Of a stretch of DNA of 64,000 nt, positions 37,121-47,757 are shown one piece after another. The notes below the pieces were generated by a model. The model had not been told where the DNA came from, did not search any database, and worked only from the letters and a program-made list of their open reading frames with translations. The translations under genes and the position numbers were made by a program. The number at the start of each line of letters is the position of its first letter. Positions within the stretch are counted from its first letter, which is position 1. The DNA is from Acutalibacteraceae bacterium. Its GTDB lineage: Bacteria > Bacillota > Clostridia > Oscillospirales > Acutalibacteraceae. Location: contig JAZOAK010000023.1 in assembly GCA_045595445.1 (NCBI GenBank), forward strand, positions 44,121 through 108,120, in the 5' to 3' direction.

Positions 37121-37882
37121 ATGCTTTCTTTCCAAAATATGCGCGTAACGGAAATTGATTTACCCATTGTGGTGCAATCAAACAAAAATCGCACGTTTGA
37201 GATGACCGACCGAAAAAACTTTGGCATTTCACTGTGTATCAACGGGCAAATCACGTATACCATGAATGGCAAACACTTTATTTCCGATAAAAAAGTTGCC
37301 ATTCTTCTGCCAAAAGGGGCATCCTATACGCTGCTTGGCGATAAGGACGGTCTGTTTCCCATCGTTAATTTTCAATGCCAAGGATTCGCCTGCGATGAAA
37401 TCACCGTAATCCCCCTACGCAATCCAAAAGGGTGCATCGAACTTTTCACCGCCGTAAAGCAAGCCTATCTTTCCGAAGAAAAACAGTTGCAAACGTTTAG
37501 CTTGTTTTACAAATTTCTTGATGAGATTGATACAAAAACAACTCCGTCGCAACACTTGCTTTCTTCCGCTATCGATCATATTGTAAAAAACCTCTCCGAT
37601 ACAACACTATCCAATACAGAACTCGCTACGCAGCTTGGCATCAGCGAGGTATACCTGCGAAAATTGTTCCTAAAGCAGTTCGGCATCACCCCAAAACAAT
37701 ATGTTTTAAGTCGCAGAATCGAAAAGGCCAAAACGCTGTTAACCGATACCACTCTAACCGTTACAACCATTTCAGAATCTTGTGGTTTTTCCAACGTGTA
37801 CCACTTTTGTCGAAGTTTTAAGCAAAGAACCGGCTTGACACCCCTGCAATTTTCCAAACAAAACAGGGTGTTTCAGATATAA
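37121..37882 (+). CDS. AraC-family transcriptional regulator
   Basis: The C-terminal double HTH carries ISEVYLRKLF and GFSNVYHFCRSFKQ. The N-terminus is a cupin-like sensor. Confidence 0.85.
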   Translation: MLSFQNMRVTEIDLPIVVQSNKNRTFEMTDRKNFGISLCINGQITYTMNGKHFISDKKVAILLPKGASYTLLGDKDGLFPIVNFQCQGFACDEITVIPLRNPKGCIELFTAVKQAYLSEEKQLQTFSLFYKFLDEIDTKTTPSQHLLSSAIDHIVKNLSDTTLSNTELATQLGISEVYLRKLFLKQFGITPKQYVLSRRIEKAKTLLTDTTLTVTTISESCGFSNVYHFCRSFKQRTGLTPLQFSKQNRVFQI

Positions 37883-37911
37883 AGAGCGTTCCCTACCATT
37901 CGCCATATATC

Positions 37912-37945
37912 AAAACGGCTTGACCTATTCGGTCAAGCCGTTTTC
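37912..37945. terminator. Terminator hairpin (family shared with 35405-35440)
   Basis: Stem ACGGCTTGACC/GGTCAAGCCGT with a 5-nt loop and a T-run. Confidence 0.75.
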
Positions 37946-38074
37946 TTATAACATCTGTATTAACCAATAAATCAAGCCATACACCACACTCGCTACCGTA
38001 CCATAGACAATGACAGGACCGGCAATCGTAAACATCTTCGCCGCCATACCGAGGACGTATCCCTCTGCTTGTGT
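37946..38074 (-). pseudogene. 3' fragment of a spoVAC/spoVAEB-family gene (last ~42 codons only)
   Basis: It translates to TQAEGYVLGMAAKMFTIAGPVIVYGTVASVVYGLIYWLIQML*. It is about 85-88% nt identical to 39298-39394, the 3' end of the intact spoVAC. There is no upstream coding continuation. Confidence 0.7.
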
Positions 38075-38155
38075 CAAGTTAGGACCCATTAGTTTGCAAA
38101 AATATTTACAGCAAATCGGTGGTGTGCTATAATGAAATAAAGCGAGGTGTATACT

Positions 38156-39247
38156 ATGAAAAAACTGTTAACCTTTTTAGTAATTGCTACTCTGTGTTTC
38201 GCTCTGAACACGCCTGTATTGGCAGCGGAAGTGAAAACGGATGAACAAACAGGAATCACCTATTCCATCGGCTACCAAACCACCATTTACTGTTACACCA
38301 ACGGGTATGATGAAGGAAACATACACATTCAAGCCTTCCCAGGTTATCAGGTATACAATTTTGATACACCACTGGATTCCCCCGAGGTTGTCGCCGGCAT
38401 TGCCACGATGGAAGCCAAGATAACGGACAAGTTCGACGCGCTTGTCAGCCATTCGAACTGGGTTGCCGAGCCCAACTTGATGAACGGGTTTGAGTGCACG
38501 GTTACGAACTCTGCCGACGATTATTGGCGCTTCTTCGACCTGCCGCGGAATTTTAAAGGAACCACGGTAATCACGCGAGATGGCGTTCCTTTCACTGTCA
38601 CAGCGGATGGACAGGGGAAACTTTCATTCAAGGTGGTAACGGATTATGTTGGGGAGAAATATGCCGAATTTTTTATCCCGACTCAAGTTTCTCACACAAA
38701 GACGGTCACCAAATCGGAAAAATATTACCTCCATCACCCGGGGCTTGAATATGGTCCCTACAAAACGCTTGACGAAGTGCTGGAATACTGTGCAGAACAT
38801 ACCGATGTCATCGACCCCAACAATCCGGTTAAAATATCGGTTTCCAGCGAACACTCTTCCCGCTTTTTTGTCACCACAACGCATTCCTGGAAATTGAAAG
38901 TCACCTATGGCAACACACCGACCCACGCTACTGCAGATAAGAAAACCGAGGCGCCGGTCGGCAGTACCGTTTCAAGCACGGGAAGCACAACCTCGGGTAA
39001 GAAAACTGAAACGCCGGTCGGCAGTACCGTTTCGGGCACAGAAAGTGCGACCGCATCCAAAGCCGACACCACAATACCTACGGACATCACGGATGATTCG
39101 CAGACAAACACAACGACCAACGTTAGCAACGTGACATCCGATAAACCCTCAAACACGTCGGCCGTGTGGATCGTGATCACAGCTGTTATATTACTTGGTG
39201 TGGCGGCAAGCGTGGTGGTTGTTCTAAAACACCACAAAAGTGAATAA
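38156..39247 (+). CDS. Secreted, C-terminally membrane-anchored surface protein with a Ser/Thr-rich stalk
   Basis: Signal peptide (..NTPVLAAEV), a S/T-rich repeat region, and a C-terminal TM segment followed by KHHKSE. The promoter has TGCTATAAT upstream. No family was recognised. Confidence 0.7.
   Translation: MKKLLTFLVIATLCFALNTPVLAAEVKTDEQTGITYSIGYQTTIYCYTNGYDEGNIHIQAFPGYQVYNFDTPLDSPEVVAGIATMEAKITDKFDALVSHSNWVAEPNLMNGFECTVTNSADDYWRFFDLPRNFKGTTVITRDGVPFTVTADGQGKLSFKVVTDYVGEKYAEFFIPTQVSHTKTVTKSEKYYLHHPGLEYGPYKTLDEVLEYCAEHTDVIDPNNPVKISVSSEHSSRFFVTTTHSWKLKVTYGNTPTHATADKKTEAPVGSTVSSTGSTTSGKKTETPVGSTVSGTESATASKADTTIPTDITDDSQTNTTTNVSNVTSDKPSNTSAVWIVITAVILLGVAASVVVVLKHHKSE
38939..39058 (+). repeat. 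Two tandem 60-nt in-frame coding repeats (KKTExPVGSTVS...)
   Basis: Units are 38939-38998 and 38999-39058. The first ~45 nt of each unit are nearly identical. Confidence 0.85.
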
Positions 39248-39260
39248 CGGTTTATAAGCG

Positions 39261-39291
39261 AGAGCGCTCCACATGGGGCGCTCTGTTTTTA
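39261..39291 (+). terminator. Intrinsic terminator of the surface-protein gene
   Basis: Stem AGAGCGC/GCGCTCT followed by GTTTTTATT. It abuts the spoVAC stop. Confidence 0.6.
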
Positions 39292-39726
39292 TTGCTGTAA
39301 CCAATAAATAAACCCATACACAACACTCGCCACCGTACCATACACAATAACAGGTCCTGCTATCGTAAACATTTTTGCCGCCATACCGAGGACAAGCCCT
39401 TCGGATTTGAATTCCATGGCGGGCGATGACATGGAATTGGCAAAGCCGGTGATCGGCACGATCACGCCCGCGCCCGCGTGCTTGGCGACATTATCATACA
39501 CGCACAAAGCCGTGAGCAGTACGCTCAAAAAGATTAGCGACAGTGAGCCGATCAAGCGTGCGTCCTTCGTATCCATGCCGGTTTCACTCACAAGATCAAT
39601 GATAATCTGCGCCACGGCGCACAAAAAACCTCCTACCAAAAACGCGAAGGTACAATCGCGGAAGATCGGCGATCCTTTTGCGCGCTTCTCCGCCATAGAC
39701 TGATAACTTTTCGGTGTCATCCTCAT
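39289..39726 (-). CDS. spoVAC: Stage V sporulation protein AC
   Basis: 145 aa with 4 TM segments and SpoVAC-type sequence (FAFLVGGFLCAVAQIIID ... GPVIVYG). Confidence 0.85.
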   Translation of the reverse strand: MRMTPKSYQSMAEKRAKGSPIFRDCTFAFLVGGFLCAVAQIIIDLVSETGMDTKDARLIGSLSLIFLSVLLTALCVYDNVAKHAGAGVIVPITGFANSMSSPAMEFKSEGLVLGMAAKMFTIAGPVIVYGTVASVVYGFIYWLQQ

Positions 39727-39748
39727 ACACTATCACACTCCACAGCGA

Positions 39749-39777
39749 TAGTGTGGCAAAAACGCGTTCAAATATGC
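39749..39777 (-). promoter_or_regulatory. Candidate forespore (sigma-G-like) promoter of spoVAC
   Basis: Minus strand GCATA, 17 nt, CACACTA, compared with a recalled consensus of GHATR-17/18-CATxHTA. Confidence 0.3.
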
Positions 39778-39803
39778 AAAAAAGCAGCCGTTCGGCTGCT
39801 TTT
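39776..39803 (-). terminator. Intrinsic terminator of the DUF1015 gene
   Basis: Stem AAAGCAGCC/GGCTGCTTT with T-runs. Confidence 0.65.
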
Positions 39804-39807
39804 TATG

Positions 39808-41028
39808 TTATCGAATTTTACGTGCTTCCACGTAGTACCGCTTTTCGTTGGCTTCGCCCATTGAAAACGTCTTACGTGGGAAATGGCCGCCGGCACGAAT
39901 ACCGTCAAAGAATCCGTCTTTCGGAATACCTTCCAGTAAAATGCCCAGCGAATCGGGCGCCGTGCACAGATCGCGGACAGTCTGTTCACCGTGGATATAA
40001 TCAACGGTCGCGTCATGCGTCTGCAAATACTCATCGAGATAGTTTTGAAGCACCGCGATCGGCAACATACCGTTCGCGTTTTCGAGCGCATATCCTTCGT
40101 GCCCGACAAATACGATCTCACTACCGGGCACAAGTGCCATTTTCTGCTTCTCAACGTATGTGCTGAATCCCTTTATGAGATCCCGCGCATCCACATGGAA
40201 CACAACACGGTGGATGGGCTCAAATAAAATTGCCTCATCGTGCAGGTTTTCCAGTTCCACCAGCGCGTAGCGTGCCGGATGTTTTTCCGCCTCAGCGGGC
40301 GTCAAGGTGGCTTTTAAGTTCTCCCAACAGATCTTCGCGGTGGCAAGCGAATGGTTGCCGTCACCGACCGCATATAAGAATCCGTCAGCTTTGTCGTACA
40401 GCGCTTGCACAGCCGTGGACAGCGACTCCTTAGAATCCTCGTCCTCCACTGCCCAACCGCGCAAATGCCCGCCGTTTTGCATCAGTTCGATATCGTACAG
40501 CGGTGTCCCCGCCCGCTTCGCTTCGACCAAAGGCTCGATCACGGTGCGATCGGGATCATCAATGAGCACCAACACGTGCGGCAGTTCCAACGGTGCGTTC
40601 TGACGGATCTTCACACGCGGCGGTAAACGATCCGCAACCGTACCTTCGGTAGCACGCGTAAGCAGGGTGCCGGTGGTAAAATCGTAACACTCTAAATCCA
40701 GAGCCACCATCAGCCCTAACCGTTTACCGGACGGCGTTTCACGTTCCAAGACGATAAATCCATCCTTCACAGCGCACTGCAACACGCCATCCTGCAAATA
40801 CTGCTGCATCGTGGCGTTGACCTTTTCGGTATTATCGCCCTCTTCCAAAAACACCTCGGGTTGAATTAAGCGCAGAGTGGAAGGTGCCTCACCGACAGTG
40901 GCTTCTACCGCATGCCAGTAATCCGGCTGGGAGGTGAACTGATCGCACGCAACCACCGCCCATTTTGCAAGATCAACGCCCTTGGCGGGCAAATAAATAT
41001 CGGCAGGTTGAATTCCCGGAAACTTCAT
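39808..41028 (-). CDS. DUF1015 family protein
   Basis: N-terminus MKFPGIQPADIYLP...WAVVACDQFTSQPDYW is typical of DUF1015. The ATG at 41028 has a GGAG RBS. Confidence 0.8.
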   Translation of the reverse strand: MKFPGIQPADIYLPAKGVDLAKWAVVACDQFTSQPDYWHAVEATVGEAPSTLRLIQPEVFLEEGDNTEKVNATMQQYLQDGVLQCAVKDGFIVLERETPSGKRLGLMVALDLECYDFTTGTLLTRATEGTVADRLPPRVKIRQNAPLELPHVLVLIDDPDRTVIEPLVEAKRAGTPLYDIELMQNGGHLRGWAVEDEDSKESLSTAVQALYDKADGFLYAVGDGNHSLATAKICWENLKATLTPAEAEKHPARYALVELENLHDEAILFEPIHRVVFHVDARDLIKGFSTYVEKQKMALVPGSEIVFVGHEGYALENANGMLPIAVLQNYLDEYLQTHDATVDYIHGEQTVRDLCTAPDSLGILLEGIPKDGFFDGIRAGGHFPRKTFSMGEANEKRYYVEARKIR

Positions 41029-41095
41029 AATAAAAACTCCATTCAAAACCTAAAAGCCGGCGTTGCTTTACCAGCACCGGCTTTTGTGAGTATTC

Positions 41096-42733
<1,638 letters not shown>

Positions 42734-42746
42734 CTAATATTCTACT

Positions 42747-43067
<321 letters not shown>

Positions 43068-43094
43068 TTAGCACTCTTTATCGAAGAGTGCTAA
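43068..43094 (-). promoter_or_regulatory. CIRCE operator (HrcA binding site)
   Basis: An exact match, TTAGCACTC-N9-GAGTGCTAA, between the promoter and groES. Confidence 0.9.
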
Positions 43095-43098
43095 ACCT

Positions 43099-43126
43099 AT
43101 TGTATCAACTTTGCGGGAAAAATCAA
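43099..43126 (-). promoter_or_regulatory. Sigma-A promoter of groESL
   Basis: Minus strand TTGATT, 16 nt, TACAAT, immediately upstream of CIRCE. Confidence 0.55.
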
Positions 43127-44082
43127 GTAGAACTTTGGGAAATTGCGGAATTTTTATAATTTTTTAACAATTCCTCTACATTTGCCGCAGGATAAACGAA
43201 GCGAACAGCCTGCGGATGCAATTCAAAGCTGACGGCAGTCGTGGTAAAACACTCGCCGTCCGCCGTCACGCAGGCGGGTTTGTCCGCCAACACCTGCATT
43301 TTAGTACCGCGAAACGTCTCGCAACACGGCAGATCCAAATGCTGACCGTTCTTATACAAATTGAGAACCGACAACACTTTGAGGTGACTTATCTTGCTGA
43401 TAAGCACAAAGTTCAACAGCCCGTCATCCGGCTCAGATAAGGGCGAGCCGTGATACCCGCCACCGTAATATTGACCGTTTGCCGCGAGCGCAAACATATA
43501 GTTGCCGGTGCGTTCCACGATTCCCTCCGGTGTTTCCATCACGATACGCAACGGCTGCCCAAGCGGACGCAGGAAGGTCTGCACCAGCGCCAGATTATAC
43601 GCCATCGGGCCGCTAACAAACGGCAAATGTTTGTAGAGTACCATTCGATTGGCCACATCGGCATCAAGCCCCATAGAGCATATATTCAGCGACCATTTGC
43701 CGTTGCATAAAATAGCATCCACCGGACGCGCCTCTCCCATAACCAACGCGCGAAAATCATCAAACAGCTCGCGATTCGGAAGCATCCGCAAGAAGTCGTT
43801 GCCGGAGCCACACGGTATGCAAGCAAGCTCGGCATTTTCCGCCTCTGCTAAGCCGTTCACGACCTCCAATACCGTGCCGTCGCCGCCGCAAGCGTAGAAA
43901 CGGACCGCCTCGCCGGTCGCCACTTCCTCTTTCACGATCTCAGTCGCGTGTCCGGGACGCTCGGTAACGTAGATGCGGTACTCCATCGGATATTTTTCAA
44001 AAAAAGACTCGATGAGCGGCTGTAACTGCAACGCCGCCTGCGTCTTACCCGCCGTGGGGTTTAAGATAAAGATGTGCCGCAT
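43123..44082 (-). CDS. Diacylglycerol/lipid kinase (YegS/BmrU family)
   Basis: GGDGT motif (ACGGDGTVLEVVNG) and the family's two-domain layout. Confidence 0.8.
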   Translation of the reverse strand: MRHIFILNPTAGKTQAALQLQPLIESFFEKYPMEYRIYVTERPGHATEIVKEEVATGEAVRFYACGGDGTVLEVVNGLAEAENAELACIPCGSGNDFLRMLPNRELFDDFRALVMGEARPVDAILCNGKWSLNICSMGLDADVANRMVLYKHLPFVSGPMAYNLALVQTFLRPLGQPLRIVMETPEGIVERTGNYMFALAANGQYYGGGYHGSPLSEPDDGLLNFVLISKISHLKVLSVLNLYKNGQHLDLPCCETFRGTKMQVLADKPACVTADGECFTTTAVSFELHPQAVRFVYPAANVEELLKNYKNSAISQSST

Positions 44083-44107
44083 GGAAGAATCCCTCCTTGT
44101 TTCACAT

Positions 44108-45226
44108 TTACCGATAATAACAATACAACTGGCATTTCAGCATACCGTTATATAGCTTTCGGCGTTTGTCGGCCTTTCGTCCGAACAATTCCTCAAACGT
44201 TTCGTCAGGACTAATGATGGCATAACTCCATCCTGTTTTCGGGACAAAGACCTGCCCCATCACGCGATACAATTCCTGCGCCGTTTGAACATCCAACAAT
44301 CGTTCACCGTAAGGCGGATTACACAGCACCACTCCGCTGTCCCCCTCCGGGACAAATTGCCTGAGATCGCGCACACTCGCACGCACCTCGCCGGCGACAC
44401 CCGCCTTTGCGGCATTGTCGGTTGCCAAGCGTACCGCCGCGGGATCAATATCCCCACCGATGGCAGCAAACGCGCGATCGGGTAACATTTGCTCCATCGC
44501 ACGCTGACGTTCCGCACGCCATACCTCATCCGACATCCAATCCCAATCCATAAAGGCAAACCGTCTGCGAATACCCGGTGCAATGCGTCGCGCGGCAAGT
44601 GCGGCTTCAATCAATAACGTACCTGATCCACAACACGGATCCATCACACGCTCGGCAAGTCGGGCACGCGTCACGTCCACAATAGCGGCGGCAAGCGTTT
44701 CCTTGATCGGCGCACCGCCGGCATTTTGGCGGTATCCGCGTTTGTGCAGTCCTACCCCACTGGTGTCAATCAGCAGGGACACCTCATCTTTTAAGATGGT
44801 AAATTGCACCTGCACCGTCGCCGCCGTTTCCTCGAACCAAGCAATACCGTATTTCGTTTTCAGCCGTTCGACAATGGCTTTTTTGATGATGGACTGGCAA
44901 TCGGGTACGCTGTGCAACACCGAATTGAGGGACCATCCCTTCACCGGGAACGCATCCTTACGGGAGACAAACTGCTCCCACGGCAACGCTTTTACGGCTT
45001 GGAACAATTCCTCAAACGTACGCGCCGAAAATGAGCCGACCATCAGCTGGATACGCTCCGCATACCGACTTCCGATGTTGGCACGCGCCAACATATCCTC
45101 GCCGCCGGAAAACAAGACGCGTCCGTTTTGCGGGGTCACGTTCTGCGCGCCCATACGGCGAAGTTCATCGGCTAAGATCCCCTCTATACCAAACAGGCAC
45201 GGGGCACAAAAATTAAAATTCCGCAT
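44108..45226 (-). CDS. THUMP-domain class I SAM-dependent RNA methyltransferase
   Basis: NPPYGER catalytic motif and a DPCCGSGT SAM loop. I chose the ATG at 45226 (MRNFNFCAPCLFGIEG). Confidence 0.8.
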   Translation of the reverse strand: MRNFNFCAPCLFGIEGILADELRRMGAQNVTPQNGRVLFSGGEDMLARANIGSRYAERIQLMVGSFSARTFEELFQAVKALPWEQFVSRKDAFPVKGWSLNSVLHSVPDCQSIIKKAIVERLKTKYGIAWFEETAATVQVQFTILKDEVSLLIDTSGVGLHKRGYRQNAGGAPIKETLAAAIVDVTRARLAERVMDPCCGSGTLLIEAALAARRIAPGIRRRFAFMDWDWMSDEVWRAERQRAMEQMLPDRAFAAIGGDIDPAAVRLATDNAAKAGVAGEVRASVRDLRQFVPEGDSGVVLCNPPYGERLLDVQTAQELYRVMGQVFVPKTGWSYAIISPDETFEELFGRKADKRRKLYNGMLKCQLYCYYR

Positions 45227-45301
45227 ACATAATCCTTTACAACCCGACAATATGATAAAAAATGCCGTTGCCATGGGCAACGGCACGTTTCAGTATCCTC
45301 T

Positions 45302-45742
45302 TTATGATTTCCTGCTGCGGGAAAACCCACCGTGCTTGCCATCCAATGACCGCTTAAGATCCAGCATTTTTTCATCACTGGTCTGCTTGAAGCGCGACAT
45401 CATTTCTTCGAAATTGCTGCTCTCGGCACGGGTGGACTGCCACTCGAAGCCGCCGGGACGGCCGGGCGACGTATGACGCGGTGCATCGCGATTGGTACGT
45501 GCAGGGGGATCCATTGCTTTTTTGATAGAAAGGCTGATCTTGCCGTCCTCACCGATATTCAGGATCTTGACCTTGACCTGCTGATTTTCCGTGACGTGAT
45601 CACGAATTTCTTTTACGTACGTCGGTGCAACCTCCGAGATATGCACCATGCCGGTTTGACCGCCTTCCAGTTCGACGAATGCGCCAAACTTCGTAATACC
45701 GGTCACCTTGCCTTCAACACAAGTACCCACTTCCAACGCCAT
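45302..45742 (-). CDS. S1-domain RNA-binding protein (YabR-like)
   Basis: The N-terminal S1 fold is GTCVEGKVTGITKFGAFVEL. Its position after divIC matches the Bacillus yab cluster. Confidence 0.8.
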   Translation of the reverse strand: MALEVGTCVEGKVTGITKFGAFVELEGGQTGMVHISEVAPTYVKEIRDHVTENQQVKVKILNIGEDGKISLSIKKAMDPPARTNRDAPRHTSPGRPGGFEWQSTRAESSNFEEMMSRFKQTSDEKMLDLKRSLDGKHGGFSRSRKS

Positions 45743-45850
45743 TTTGCGGAGTTCCCCCTACTGCACTAACTGGTTTAACTGCTTGCAACGAAAAGCCAAC
45801 AAGCGCCGAAATCCCGCCCTTTTGAGCTGATTCGGCTTTCAATGCTTTGA

Positions 45851-46138
45851 CTAATCGTTCGGGATCTCGACCAAAATTGTCTCACCCGGTTTTGCCATAC
45901 CTTGCTTGCGTGCTTGCTGTTCCTTGTATGCGTCGCTGTTATCGATCTGATCTTGCAGCACCTCGTTCTTTTCCACTTGCGCCGCCGTTTGTTCGTTCAG
46001 CTTGTCCAAGCGTTCCTGCGCGTTGCTGAGTTGCAACTGCAATTGCACCATGGAAACCACCACATACACCGCAAAGGCGACGATGGCCAGACGGAAAAGT
46101 ACACTCTTTCGGCGTTTTGCTGTTTTTTTGCTTTTCAC
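45851..46138 (-). CDS. divIC: Septum formation initiator (DivIC/FtsB family)
   Basis: A basic N-terminus, one TM segment and a coiled coil. I prefer the GTG at 46138 (AAGGAGG upstream) to the track start at 46168. Confidence 0.65.
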   Translation of the reverse strand: MKSKKTAKRRKSVLFRLAIVAFAVYVVVSMVQLQLQLSNAQERLDKLNEQTAAQVEKNEVLQDQIDNSDAYKEQQARKQGMAKPGETILVEIPND

Positions 46139-46183
46139 GGCACCATCGCCTCCTTTCGAGTCACACAAACTTATACGAATTGA

Positions 46184-46642
46184 TTATACACCACTCGTAT
46201 CCTCTCTTTCAAGTCTTTTTTTGATTTTTTTTAGGTTTTTTCGGACTTTTTCCGCCAATTTGCAGCAGATTGCACGCAAGGCGCCGAACAGCACTCGGAT
46301 CAATCCGCACAAACGGCATCCCATGCGCGACAACCACGCGATAACGGTAGTCACAAAGCGCACCACCGCACGTCCCACCGTATAGCGATACGCAAAAAAA
46401 CCGGCGACAAGTCCTGCAAATAAATACAGGCGCACGACACCGTCGGCGACGGCGAGTGCAAACAAAAAAACAAGCGGTGCCGCCGTAAGGAAGAACAGCA
46501 TATCCTGCCAAAAAACAGATACTGCGCCCGGACGCAATATACAACGCAGAATGCGAAACACATCGTAATATGCCCCCAACAGGAATCCCATCCCGCAGGA
46601 CAAAAACACTTCTCGCAACTGCACGGCATTCGTAAAGCCCAT
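46184..46642 (-). CDS. yabQ: Spore cortex biosynthesis protein YabQ
   Basis: 152 aa multi-TM protein. The N-terminal pattern GFLLGAYYDVFRILR and its position after yabP support the call. Confidence 0.7.
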   Translation of the reverse strand: MGFTNAVQLREVFLSCGMGFLLGAYYDVFRILRCILRPGAVSVFWQDMLFFLTAAPLVFLFALAVADGVVRLYLFAGLVAGFFAYRYTVGRAVVRFVTTVIAWLSRMGCRLCGLIRVLFGALRAICCKLAEKVRKNLKKIKKRLEREDTSGV

Positions 46643-46644
46643 AT

Positions 46645-46932
46645 CTATCGAAACAGTTTGCCGAAAAAGCCGCTCGAGCGCGTATGCACCTCGGTATAGA
46701 CAAGTGACTCGACGTGCCCTTCCAAGGTCAGATCGCCCGTTTCAATATTCAGACGGTTGATGTGTAGTCCCATCCCTTTAACAGTCAGCTCACCCTGCTC
46801 CGTGTAGATCACGACCATTGTTTCGTCAAAGCTGTCCACATCTTGAACGCCCGACACCGACAACACACGACGTTCACTCAAATTGAGCAGATGCGGCATG
46901 GCGGGCGTTCCCGCAGATAGTTGTTCTTTCAT
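46645..46932 (-). CDS. yabP: Sporulation protein YabP
   Basis: 95 aa with the YabP pattern LSVSGVQDVDSFDETMVVIYTEQGELTVKG. Confidence 0.85.
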   Translation of the reverse strand: MKEQLSAGTPAMPHLLNLSERRVLSVSGVQDVDSFDETMVVIYTEQGELTVKGMGLHINRLNIETGDLTLEGHVESLVYTEVHTRSSGFFGKLFR

Positions 46933-46982
46933 AAAAATTCTCCCCTTACATCCTAAGATATATGGGGAGAGATTTCACAATA

Positions 46983-47222
46983 TTACAGCAACTTGTACAG
47001 AAGTGCCGCATCGTTCTTTGCAACCGTTTCTTGCACGTTGACAACTTCGACCATTACCTCGCGCGTGCCAAGCGCAATCGTCAGTTTATCACCGATCTTG
47101 ACATCATAGGAAGCACGTGCCGGTTTGCCGTTGACCGACACTCGCCCTGCATCGCACGCCTCGTTTGCCACGGTGCGCCGCTTAATAAGACGCGACACCT
47201 TCAAATACTTATCCAAACGCAT
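46983..47222 (-). CDS. S4-domain RNA-binding protein (YabO/Hsp15-like)
   Basis: MRLDKYLKVSRLIKRRTVA is an S4 motif. 79 aa. Confidence 0.8.
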   Translation of the reverse strand: MRLDKYLKVSRLIKRRTVANEACDAGRVSVNGKPARASYDVKIGDKLTIALGTREVMVEVVNVQETVAKNDAALLYKLL

Positions 47223-47240
47223 AAAGAAATACCTCCAAAC

Positions 47241-47268
47241 AAAAAGCCGCCCAAACGGGCGGCTTTTA
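47241..47268 (-). terminator. Intrinsic terminator of the HU gene
   Basis: Stem AAAGCCGCCC/GGGCGGCTTT with a 4-nt loop and T-runs. Confidence 0.7.
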
Positions 47269-47284
47269 ACAATCGACTATCCGA

Positions 47285-47560
47285 TTATTTCGCAACAGCG
47301 TCTTTGAACGCCTTGGCAGCCTTGAAAGCAGGTGCCTTGGAAGCCGGGATCTTGATGGTCTCTTTGGTCTTCGGATTCAAGCCGGTGCGAGCAGCACGAG
47401 CACGAACCTCAAACGTACCGAAACCAAACAACTGTACCTTATCACCCTTCGCGACAGCTTCTTTAACAGCGTCCAGAACAGCGGTGACAGCTTTTTCAGC
47501 ATCTTTCTTAGCCAAACCGGTTTTCTCAACAACAGAAGCGACTAACTCAACCTTGTTCAT
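47285..47560 (-). CDS. hup: HU-family DNA-binding protein
   Basis: 91 aa, MNKVELV...GFGTFEVRARAARTGLNPKT. Confidence 0.9.
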   Translation of the reverse strand: MNKVELVASVVEKTGLAKKDAEKAVTAVLDAVKEAVAKGDKVQLFGFGTFEVRARAARTGLNPKTKETIKIPASKAPAFKAAKAFKDAVAK

Positions 47561-47630
47561 GATAAATAACCTCCAACAATTTTATATTCCAACGGAATGT
47601 TTCCGCATAGAATCACAATAACCTTATATT

Positions 47631-47659
47631 ATTCTATCCCAAGCCCAAAACTTTTGCAA
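47631..47659 (-). promoter_or_regulatory. Candidate sigma-A promoter of the HU gene
   Basis: Minus strand TTGCAA, 17 nt, TAGAAT. Confidence 0.45.
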
Positions 47660-47757
47660 GGGATTTTCACAAAAAATCTCATAACGCCAATAATTTCCAC
47701 AAAAACAATAAAAAATTATCAAAATTTTAGGATATTTTACCAAAAACATTGCGATTA

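Noticed and set aside
45743-45850. A possible structured leader or small gene between divIC and the S1-domain gene.
   Set aside because: Only short, weak complementary segments with large loops were found. There is no ORF and no recognisable motif.
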